Shown here: piece after piece, positions 39,375 to 47,625 of the stretch
Numbering within the stretch: the stretch's first letter is position 1
Layout of the letters: each line of letters begins with the position of its first letter
DNA from: Abditibacterium sp.
GTDB taxonomy: Bacteria > Armatimonadota > Abditibacteriia > Abditibacteriales > Abditibacteriaceae
NCBI GenBank assembly: GCA_965199495.1
Contig: CBDASK010000003.1
Location: forward strand, 3,104,001 to 3,168,000
Reading direction: 5' to 3'
Length of the DNA: 64,000 nt
Notes under the pieces: generated by a model
The model's database searches: none
What the model was told of the DNA's origin: nothing
What the model saw: only the letters and a program-made list of their open reading frames with translations
Made by a program: the position numbers and the translations under genes

Positions 39375-39519
39375 TAGACACAGATGACACGGAGAACGCA
39401 CAGAGCGACACAGAGAAGAATGAAACAACTCAAACTCAATCGCTTGAATTGTCACTCTTTTTGACTTCTTTGTTCTTCTCTGTGTCTCTCTGTGCGTTCT
39501 CCGTGTCCTCTGTGGCTAA
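39375..39519. repeat. CACAGAG-family inverted repeat, copy 3
   Basis: CACAGATGACACGGAGAACGCACAGAGCGACACAGAGAAGAA arm and near-perfect reverse complement. Confidence 0.85.
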
Positions 39520-39522
39520 TTT

Positions 39523-41478
39523 CTACTCTTCCATCGCGCGTCTCACCGCGTTTTTCACATCGTTCACCGAGGGCAAAAGCGCCAACTCTAAATCGGGATG
39601 GAATGGAATATGAGCATCGGCGCGCGCCACGAGTTGCGGGCGCGCCGCCAATTGGTTCCAAAATTCGGCGTCGGTCGTGGCGCGCGAGATAATCGCCTGA
39701 CCGAATCCGCAGGTCTCGTTGTCCTCGTGAACCACGATTAAGCGGCCCGTAACCGAGAGCGAACGTTGAATCGCGGCCCAGTCGCACGGCACGAGCGTGC
39801 GCAAATCCAAAACTTCGACCGATATATCCTCGTTTTCCAGCTCGGCAGCGGCGCTCAACGCGATTTCGACGCCGTTGCCCCACGTCACAATTGTCGCGTC
39901 TTCGCCCGCCAAACGCACGCTCGCGCGGCCAAATCCCTGCGGCGCGGGCACGTCCCATTCCCACTTGCGGCGCAGCAGATGCTTGGGCAACAGAAACACG
40001 ACCGGATCATCGAGCGTGTAGGCCGTCTCCAACAGAGCCACGGCGTCGTGTGGCGTCGAAGGATAGGCCAGCAAAAGTCCGGGAACGTGCGCGAAAAACG
40101 CTTCGCCGCTCTGGCTGTGCCACGGCCCGCCCGACGGCAGATAGCCGCCGCACGGCATGAAGAAAATGCCGGGACACTTCCACGCTCCGTCCGAGCGCCA
40201 GCGCAGCGTCGCCAGTTGGTTCATCAACTGGTTGAGCGCTGTGCCGACGAAATCAACGAATTGAACCTCGAATATCGGCTTCCAGCCCGCGACCGACAAG
40301 CCGGGCGCGGTGCCCATAATCGTCGCTTCGGCGAGCGGCGAATTGAACACGCGGTCGGGATATTTTTTCGACAAACCTTTGGTCAAACCGAACACGCCGC
40401 CCTTGGGGTCTTCGACATCTTCGCCGAAAAATAGCGCGTTTGGCTCGGCGGCAAAGCGGCGATGCAACGCGTCATTGAGCGCGCCCAAAATCGTCTGCGG
40501 TTCGCCGTGATGCCGCGAGCGGGGCGCCGTGGCTGCTCTCGCGTCAGCTTCCATTTCACGATTCGTCCATTGCGACTGCGGCGACGGCGCGTTTTCGGCG
40601 CGCGTGTAATCGGCCTCGACCGATTCGAGAATCGCCCGATGCTCCGTGCGCCAATCGGCCTCGGTCAATTCGCCTTCGCTGATGAGACGCGCTTTCAAAA
40701 GTTCAATCGGATCGCGCGCGCCCATCGCTTCGAGTTCGGCTTGCGGGCGATAAACCCGATGATCGTCCGACGCGGTGTGCGACCACAACCGGTCAATTTC
40801 CAGCCACAAAACGCTCGGCCCGCCACCACTGCGCGCTTCGTCCAATAACTTTTGGCTACAACCATAAACCGCGTGTGCGTTGCGTCCGTTGACGACGAAA
40901 CGTCGCTCCGGCGCGAGCGCGCCGATATTCCACGGCGTCATATTGCCCGTTGGCGTGGTGATGCCATAGCCGTTGTCTTCGACAACGAAAACAATCGGCA
41001 AATTTTCCTGTAACGCGAAACACCACGCTTCGTAGAACTCGCCCTGACGCGTCGAAGCGTCGCCGATGCAGCACAAAACCGCGTGGTTTTCGCCGCGCAG
41101 TTTGAACGCCCACGCCGTGCCCGTCGCGGGCAGACATTGCAAACCCGTTGGCGTCGCGCTGGGGAAAATATTGCGCGCGCGGTCGCTGTAATGGCTCGAC
41201 ATCAGGCGTCCCGCGCTGCACGAACCTGCGCGCGCGAAAAACGCCAATGCCAGATCGTAATTGGAAACGCCGCGCGCGAGGGCGAGGGCGCGCTCGCGGT
41301 AATACGGATAAATATAATCGCCCGGCCCCAGACAATCGGCCAGCACCGCCAGCGTTTCGTGCCCGGCACCCGGCACCTGAATCCAGCCGCGCCCCTGACG
41401 AAAGAGAATGCCTTCGCGCCGGTCGCCTTCGCGCGAAAGCGTCATGGTGCGCAACCAATTGAGGGGAATATTTTCCAT
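39523..41478 (-). CDS. Fused 2-oxoacid dehydrogenase E1 alpha/beta
   Basis: GDASTRQGEFYE...EDN ThDP motif; HTASDD; GEDV..GGVF, PLAEA, WHSQS. Confidence 0.93.
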   Translation of the reverse strand: MENIPLNWLRTMTLSREGDRREGILFRQGRGWIQVPGAGHETLAVLADCLGPGDYIYPYYRERALALARGVSNYDLALAFFARAGSCSAGRLMSSHYSDRARNIFPSATPTGLQCLPATGTAWAFKLRGENHAVLCCIGDASTRQGEFYEAWCFALQENLPIVFVVEDNGYGITTPTGNMTPWNIGALAPERRFVVNGRNAHAVYGCSQKLLDEARSGGGPSVLWLEIDRLWSHTASDDHRVYRPQAELEAMGARDPIELLKARLISEGELTEADWRTEHRAILESVEADYTRAENAPSPQSQWTNREMEADARAATAPRSRHHGEPQTILGALNDALHRRFAAEPNALFFGEDVEDPKGGVFGLTKGLSKKYPDRVFNSPLAEATIMGTAPGLSVAGWKPIFEVQFVDFVGTALNQLMNQLATLRWRSDGAWKCPGIFFMPCGGYLPSGGPWHSQSGEAFFAHVPGLLLAYPSTPHDAVALLETAYTLDDPVVFLLPKHLLRRKWEWDVPAPQGFGRASVRLAGEDATIVTWGNGVEIALSAAAELENEDISVEVLDLRTLVPCDWAAIQRSLSVTGRLIVVHEDNETCGFGQAIISRATTDAEFWNQLAARPQLVARADAHIPFHPDLELALLPSVNDVKNAVRRAMEE

Positions 41479-41607
41479 GCGGTTTACAAAACGTGCCGAT
41501 GGAGTTTAAGGGAAACCCCTCTACGCGTTTTGTAGAGAAGCACAAATGCAATAAATTCGCGGCTGTTTCAAGAGGCTTGTTATTGCTCAACTCAACTCAA
41601 TCCAAAC

Positions 41608-42837
41608 CTATCGGTTCATGCTCAAACGCGGCAAAGCAACGGTGCGACTGCCGTTGCGCAAATAGCCCTCGTTGCCGCTCATCGCCGTGGCTGGCGCTGG
41701 AGGTTGAGGCTGAAAACGCGCTTGATAATTATAATTCGGCGCTGTTGGGCGCACCGAGGCTTTGGCGACATAAGAAGTGGTCGCGAAAGCCGAGCGTTGA
41801 GGCGCACCGCCGATGTTACCGCCATAAAGCGGCGAGGCGGCGACTTGGCGAAACGCGCTGAGCGCGGCGGGCGTGGAATCGAAACGATAATTCGATTCGC
41901 CCATGTCGGTTTTGTCGCGGAAGAAATAATTGACCAGTCTCACGCGTGGATAACGGTTCGGGATTTCCTGCAAAAACGTGTCGGAAATCCATTGCGCTTT
42001 CGACTGGCCGCGCGGCGCGCCCTGTTCGGTCACGCCCAACTCGGCGATCATCATCGGCTTGTCCGAAATCGCGGTCAGCATACGATAGGAGCCGTCGAAT
42101 AATTGCTCGAACGAACGCCACGGGCGGCGCGCGCCATCATTATAAACCGACAAACCGATCCAATCCACCCACTCGTCGCCCGGATACAAATCACTCAAAT
42201 CAGCGCGCTGGCGTTCCAAAGAGTTGACCGGCGTTTGATAAACGATGTTAGGCGCCCACACCCAACTCGCGTTGGTCGCGCCCTCGACGCGAAAGATGCG
42301 CACCACGCGGCGCCACATATTCACGTAATCCGCCGGAGAATTATTGTTGTTGCGCGCATTATTGGACACATAGGCGGTGCCCCACGGATACCAATCGCCG
42401 TTCATTTCGTGGGCCAATCGAATCAAAACCGGCGCGCCGCTACTCTTGACCGCGCGTGCATATTGGCGAATATACGGATCGTAGGCGCCGCTCGCCACGG
42501 CGCGGCACGACCAACTGCTATCGCGCGCGCCGTTGTCCCACGGCTCCCACGTCACCATCAGGCGCCCGCCGATCTGGCTGGCGCGGCGCGCGCTGCTCAC
42601 GGGAAACTGGTTCCAGCCCGTCCATCCCTGATAAATAGACCACACGGCGGGCAAACGCCCGACCTGCGAACGCCACGCGTCAACCGCCGCGCTATCGCCG
42701 GGCGCGCACATACCGTTACCCAGATAATAATAAGCCCCCAACGCAATGCCGGTCGAAGCCTGAACGCGCGATGAGAGGGCAGAACCCAGCATTGCGGCTA
42801 TTGTGAAGGCGAGTATTGAAATTTTGGGAAACGTCAT
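41608..42837 (-). CDS. Secreted glycoside hydrolase family 26
   Basis: TWEP, IRLAHEMNGDWYPW, YPGDEWVDWIG, MIAELG. Confidence 0.9.
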   Translation of the reverse strand: MTFPKISILAFTIAAMLGSALSSRVQASTGIALGAYYYLGNGMCAPGDSAAVDAWRSQVGRLPAVWSIYQGWTGWNQFPVSSARRASQIGGRLMVTWEPWDNGARDSSWSCRAVASGAYDPYIRQYARAVKSSGAPVLIRLAHEMNGDWYPWGTAYVSNNARNNNNSPADYVNMWRRVVRIFRVEGATNASWVWAPNIVYQTPVNSLERQRADLSDLYPGDEWVDWIGLSVYNDGARRPWRSFEQLFDGSYRMLTAISDKPMMIAELGVTEQGAPRGQSKAQWISDTFLQEIPNRYPRVRLVNYFFRDKTDMGESNYRFDSTPAALSAFRQVAASPLYGGNIGGAPQRSAFATTSYVAKASVRPTAPNYNYQARFQPQPPAPATAMSGNEGYLRNGSRTVALPRLSMNR

Positions 42838-43186
42838 AGAGGCGAAGAAGAACTACGAAAGATTGTTGCCAAATGAAAGCGCTCTAAAGCAGCGGCTTCT
42901 CTACGATGGGTTGTGACAATGGTTCAATCGAACGATTAAATCGCGCCAAGTGTGCATTTTCTAAATCCTTGTGTCAATTGAACTCACCCCTTTTCCTCGT
43001 TGGTTAAACCTTAAAGTTGTCCATACTCTTCCTATTATTACGCGCTTCTATGGCCTGAGATTAGTAATCAATGGAAGGACGCGCATTCTCAATGGCGCCA
43101 TTTTCTGAGGCGGAACAAGCCAAAGCGCGCCAAAACCGCTAAACCTTATGCCTCCAATGGTTCCCAATTCTGCCGACGCGCCCGCG

Positions 43187-44320
43187 ATGTCATCTTCGAT
43201 ACAACCCCTCACAAGTTCTGGGCGCGCTTCCCAAACTTCCGCGCTAATGTGGCGCGGCCTGATTCATCATTACCGCAAGCATTTGCCCGTCACCGACGCG
43301 ACGCCCAACATCACCCTGTGCGAAGGCAACACGCCTTTAATTCACGCGCCGCGTCTGGCGCAGCAGATCGCGCCCGACATCGAGCTTTATCTCAAGTTCG
43401 AGGGTACCAATCCCACGGGTTCGTTCAAAGACCGGGGCATGACGATGGCCGTTTCCAAAGCCGCCGAGAAAAACGCGCAGGTCGCGATTTGCGCTTCGAC
43501 AGGCAACACCAGCGCCGCCGCCGCCGCCTACTGCGCCGTGGCTGGCATTGCCTGCGTGGTTCTCATTCCCAACAACAACATCGCGCTGGGCAAATTAGCT
43601 CAGGCCTTAATCGAGGGCGCGACGGTTCTGGCCATCGAAGGCAACTTCGACGACGCCCTGAACATCGTGCGCGATTTGACCCAATCGCATCCGATTGAAC
43701 TGTTGAACTCGGTCAATCCCTATCGCATCGAGGGCCAGAAAACCGGCGCTTTCGAGGTCTGCGATTTTCTGGGTCACGCGCCCGATTACCATTTCGTGCC
43801 CGTCGGCAACGCGGGCAATATCACCGCGTATTGGAAAGGCTACCGCGAATATCACGCGGCGGGAGTTATCAATAGCTTGCCGAAAATGTGTGGATTTCAA
43901 GCGGCGGGCGCGGCGCCGCTGGTTTTGGGCCATAACGTGGACGCGCCCGAAACAGTAGCCACGGCGATCCGCATTGGTCACCCGGCGCGCGGCACCGAGG
44001 CGATTCAAGCGCGCGACGAATCGGGCGGCCTCATCGGCAGCGTCACCGACACCGAAATTTTGCAAGCGCAAAGCCTGACGGCGGCGCTATCGGGCGTCTT
44101 CGGCGAACCGGCGTGCGCCGCGCCGATTGCTGGAATCAAGAAATTATCCGCGCAAGGCTATTTTCGCGACGCGCGCGAAAAGTTGGGCCGCAAACCAATC
44201 GTCGTTTCGGTCGTAACGGGCCACGGCCTCAAAGACCCCGAAACCGCGATTCGCAACAGCGGCGCCCCGATTGTCGTGCCCGCCCGCAACGAAGACGTTC
44301 TGCGCGCAATTGGCTTTTAA
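43187..44320 (+). CDS. thrC: Threonine synthase
   Basis: EGNTPL, NPTGSFKDRGM, ASTGNTS, PVGNAGN, TGHGLKDP; start uncertain. Confidence 0.96.
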   Translation: MSSSIQPLTSSGRASQTSALMWRGLIHHYRKHLPVTDATPNITLCEGNTPLIHAPRLAQQIAPDIELYLKFEGTNPTGSFKDRGMTMAVSKAAEKNAQVAICASTGNTSAAAAAYCAVAGIACVVLIPNNNIALGKLAQALIEGATVLAIEGNFDDALNIVRDLTQSHPIELLNSVNPYRIEGQKTGAFEVCDFLGHAPDYHFVPVGNAGNITAYWKGYREYHAAGVINSLPKMCGFQAAGAAPLVLGHNVDAPETVATAIRIGHPARGTEAIQARDESGGLIGSVTDTEILQAQSLTAALSGVFGEPACAAPIAGIKKLSAQGYFRDAREKLGRKPIVVSVVTGHGLKDPETAIRNSGAPIVVPARNEDVLRAIGF

Positions 44321-44335
44321 AAGCGCATCAAAAAT

Positions 44336-44367
44336 AAACGCCCCGCGACGAAAATCGCGGGGCGTTT
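44336..44367 (+). terminator. Intrinsic terminator
   Basis: AAACGCCCCGCGA-CGAAAA-TCGCGGGGCGTTT. Confidence 0.8.
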
Positions 44368-44397
44368 GTTGTTAAAGTTGGACTGTTTCAATTTGTT

Positions 44398-44439
44398 AAA
44401 GTGGGATATGGCGTTTGACGATGTATTTTCTTGTTCGAC
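44398..44439 (-). mobile_element. Left half of an attC-like site (array end)
   Basis: GTCGAACAAGAAAATAC...GCCATATCCCACTTT on minus; homologous to 2426-2468. Confidence 0.5.
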
Positions 44440-44454
44440 GGCTAATTGTCTATA

Positions 44455-45060
44455 TTAGCCCCATTCTGGAATCCACATAAATGGAAGATGAGACCAGAAA
44501 TCAATACGTTTGGGCTTCTTCAATTTGGGACATGGATTACTAATTTTGAACTCATGTGCTAAATAACTGGGCAAATCTAAGCCGTAATAAATGATGTCCG
44601 TTTGCTATACAGAATAAATTGGATTGCCTTCAGCATGAGGAGAATCTGGCATATACCGATGGCCATAAATTGGGATCAGTGTTGGCGCTTAGTTCACTTT
44701 TTCATGAGCGATGGCACAAGCCTCCTCATCAGATGCAGGGCGTACGCCCCAATCGTCCATCCAAAAATTGTTATTTTTGATGTCGAAACACATGCCCTCA
44801 TAAGGCCAATTTAGCCTGTCCCGAATTTGGTTCTCGTCCTCAAAACGCCAGTTTGGAAACGGGTTCTTGTGCGTGCGTGCTGGATTAGGCGGCAGCGAAA
44901 CCGGCAACGCCATCTGCAAAAACATCTTCAGGTCAGGCGGGAACACGAAGCTAAATTTATTCTCTACGGCTTCGATTTCAGCGTCGGACAAACCATCTTC
45001 AAAAATGATTCCAAATTCTCGAAGTTGCTCGATTGCTACTTGGCAATATTCTGTATCCAT
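44455..45060 (-). pseudogene. SMI1/KNR4-family cassette gene, disrupted
   Basis: GLSDAEI..FPPDL..FPNW; continues past TAA (44689) as APTLIPIYGHRY and past TAG (44605) as QTDIIYYG; probable terminal frameshift. Confidence 0.85.
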
Positions 45061-45104
45061 GCTCAGATTCTAACATATCGCGCTTATACAAGCCGCGCGC
45101 AGCG

Positions 45105-45208
45105 ATGGAACACCAAGCTCATCCGCCGCCAGACGCGGAGTGAAACGGAACGACGAATGACTGAAACGAACGGAGCTGTGGGCGATTGGGTGTGGCACTT
45201 TGTTCTGC
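45105..45208 (-). mobile_element. attC site
   Basis: GCAGAAC-AAAGTGCCACACCCAATCGCC...GGCGGCGGATGAGCTTGGT-GTTCCAT. Confidence 0.75.
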
Positions 45209-45229
45209 CGGTGTTGAGACGCTTTATTC

Positions 45230-45811
45230 CTAATCTTCGGCGACGCGGCCATAAATGGTTTTGCAAACTGCCTGCATGAAATCAGGCCCGTAAACCGGCA
45301 TATTATGAGACCAGCCAACGAGATGTTTGTTTTGTTCCTCAAATTGTCTGCACGCCTCTTTCACTCTGTCTGCTTCAACGCCTACTCCGCAAGTAATTAA
45401 GTTGTCTAACGCGCCCCAATGACCTTGCGATGCAGCAGCTATCCACCAACGGGTAGCAATTTGAATTGTTTCTTCGTAATTCCGATGATATTCTTCCTCG
45501 CTGTCACAACAAAAGCCCAGCCAGTAAATAGTTGCGAGTGCATACTGACAGCGCATCTCGCCAGCTTCCGCCAATGGGATAAGAAGTGCGCGCAACGCAG
45601 TGAATTCGTTTGTATCAGGTCGGTGCCAGATAGACGGATTATGAGAACAATCGCCCGTATTTAATTCAACAGCGCGTTCGTATTGCTGGAGCAGAGCATC
45701 AACTTCGTTCATACCATCTTTAATTGTAGCAACTACATCCAAGCCGCGCGCCAGCAGAACGTTAAGCCGATGTTGGGATGTTTCAATCTGTTTGTCGCTT
45801 GGCAGCATCGA
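45230..45811 (-). CDS. Hypothetical protein with Sel1-like motif (cassette)
   Basis: AEAGEMRCQYALATIY..G, WWIAAASQGH; start uncertain. Confidence 0.7.
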   Translation of the reverse strand, partial: SMLPSDKQIETSQHRLNVLLARGLDVVATIKDGMNEVDALLQQYERAVELNTGDCSHNPSIWHRPDTNEFTALRALLIPLAEAGEMRCQYALATIYWLGFCCDSEEEYHRNYEETIQIATRWWIAAASQGHWGALDNLITCGVGVEADRVKEACRQFEEQNKHLVGWSHNMPVYGPDFMQAVCKTIYGRVAED

Positions 45812-46865
45812 GGAATTGCGCATCGGTGACAACATCTTGAAATTCGGGTAGTCTCGTCCAAGCGTCGTAGTTACCTACAACTCGGTCTGCGCCTTGCTTG
45901 AGCAGTGATAACACTTCAGAGCGCGACTTTGTTGTGGCCCATAAAGAGGCTGCCAACCATGAATATGTCCAGTGTTCCCAGATACCGAGTTTGATTGCGC
46001 AACGGAACAAAGGGATAGCGAGGTCATATTGACGAGTGAAGTAAAGCGATGCAGCCAAGTTATGAAACAGTGTGCTCAACTTTCGCTTTTGTTCAAAGTC
46101 CAGGTCAGCGTTTTGCGCTCGATATGCCTCCAATTCCACGCTGGCATTTTGACCGATGCGGCGTATCTCTGGAACACTTTGCAGTTTCCAATATACCGCT
46201 ATTTTTGAGGCATAAGATTCTATTCTAACTCCAACTGATGCCTCCCAATTCTGATCTTCCTCACTCAGATCACGAATTCGGTTGGCCATCTGTAAGGCTT
46301 CCTCAAACTTTTCCAGTTGGCTATACATCCTGTTTGCCGTTCGCAGGTAAATAAAGCGGTCGTAACGATTTTCAGGTGAAGGAGTAATAACCGCCATAAT
46401 GTCATCGAAAATTTGAAGCCACTCATCGCCCTTCGACGTTGCTCTCCAACAGACAGCCTGCGTGCCGTCATACATAACCCACAAAAGCCGGTCTTGCGGT
46501 AAATATTCTCGTGCCCATGCTAAGAAATCTCGCTGTTTTTCGACCACTTCTTCGCATTGGCCCATCATAGCCAGATTATCGATAAGTTCCCACCGCGCCC
46601 AAGATTCCTCTTCTACGCTGAGCGGCTGAGTTAAGTATTGAGCCAAAACTTCGACGGTAAACTCTTTATTCCCGCCGAAGAAATAGGAAACCTCATTGGC
46701 AAGGTGAACAGCCTCAGTCGCCAAACAACCTTCTTGAAATTGCTCGTTCAGAAGGTCGTTGAGCGTCTTTCGGGCAGCTTCCAATAGAGATTGGTCTGCC
46801 GAAGATGTATCAGCTTTGAACTGCTGCCGATACTCATCCAGAAGTTGCTTCACTGTTTGAATCAT
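45783..46865 (-). CDS. Helical TPR-like hypothetical protein (cassette)
   Basis: Long low-GC ORF; FHNLAASLYFTRQYDLAIPLFRCAI TPR-like segment. Confidence 0.75.
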   Translation of the reverse strand: MIQTVKQLLDEYRQQFKADTSSADQSLLEAARKTLNDLLNEQFQEGCLATEAVHLANEVSYFFGGNKEFTVEVLAQYLTQPLSVEEESWARWELIDNLAMMGQCEEVVEKQRDFLAWAREYLPQDRLLWVMYDGTQAVCWRATSKGDEWLQIFDDIMAVITPSPENRYDRFIYLRTANRMYSQLEKFEEALQMANRIRDLSEEDQNWEASVGVRIESYASKIAVYWKLQSVPEIRRIGQNASVELEAYRAQNADLDFEQKRKLSTLFHNLAASLYFTRQYDLAIPLFRCAIKLGIWEHWTYSWLAASLWATTKSRSEVLSLLKQGADRVVGNYDAWTRLPEFQDVVTDAQFLDAAKRQTD

Positions 46866-46910
46866 ATGTCTTTTCAGAGTACCAGAACACCCATCATGCC
46901 GCTCGCGACG

Positions 46911-46979
46911 GTCCAACGACAAGCTCACCCGCCGCCGGAAGCGAAGCTGTAGGCGGTCGGGTGCAGCGCCTTGTTAGCT
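46911..46979 (-). mobile_element. attC site (canonical)
   Basis: AGCTAAC-AAGGCGCTGCACCCGACCGCC...GGCGGCGGGTGAGCTTGTC-GTTGGAC with an extrahelical base in the L box. Confidence 0.9.
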
Positions 46980-46984
46980 TGCTG

Positions 46985-47419
46985 TTATTCGGTCGTGCTT
47001 ACTGCTTGGACTTTGTAATAAAGAGCTTGCACGGGAGTGTTGGTCTTTGGTGTTGCTACTCGTTTTCCTTCTGAGTTAATCCATACCAATTTGGAAAGTG
47101 GAATAACTTCGTAGGACTTGGGGCGAAGAAATAAAGGACGCGGTAATTGCGCTATGGCAGATAAAGCTGTGTCAATGTCGCGGGAGCCGACGGCTAAATG
47201 AGTGACGATAAAGGGGCCTCCTGACGAACTGACAATGAGAGCATCTTCACCTTTCGTATCGCTTTTACTTTCCCAACGCAACTGAAGTTTGTACGCGTTG
47301 GTGATAATGCGCCGCTCCAAATAATTGAATCCACCGATAAGCGTGGACACAGCAACCAAGACGAGCCAAAAGCGATTCTATCGAGTGAGCCTTTTAATTT
47401 GAGCATCATTGTCATTCAT
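46985..47419 (-). pseudogene. First cassette gene, membrane-anchored hypothetical with in-frame TAG at codon 14
   Basis: MNDNDAQIKRLTR*NRFWLVLVAVSTLIGG..., in frame with ORF 46985..47359. Confidence 0.65.
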
Positions 47420-47476
47420 AATCTTCAATATACATCACGGAGCATCTGTCGAGTACTCGCAAGACCGCGCGCAGCA

Positions 47477-47610
47477 AACTAACAATGTTATTATCCCGCA
47501 AATTTATACTTATCTGCGGGATAATCCCACACAAGCGACGTTGTTTTACCGCAAATTTACGCTCTCTCTAAATTGCGGGATATTCCTTTTAATGCGGAAT
47601 TATCCCGCTT
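47477..47610 (-). mobile_element. Orphan attI-like region with ATCCCGC/GCGGGAT repeats
   Basis: TAATAACATT-GTTAGTT; core matches R'' of the first attC at 6/7; same motif as 1991-2007. Confidence 0.62.
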
Positions 47611-47625
47611 CTCCAAACCGCGCAA

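Noticed and set aside
13219..39519. CACAGAG repeats as a CRISPR array
   Set aside because: They are inverted pairs, not direct repeats with unique spacers; no cas genes
42838..43150. Riboswitch or leader RNA in the GH26-thrC intergenic region
   Set aside because: No recognisable aptamer, T-box or leader peptide by eye; an Rfam scan is needed
44605..47380. Stop-codon reassignment explaining in-frame TAGs
   Set aside because: TAG terminates ordinary genes here (e.g. fdhD), and the same pseudogene also has a TAA and a probable frameshift
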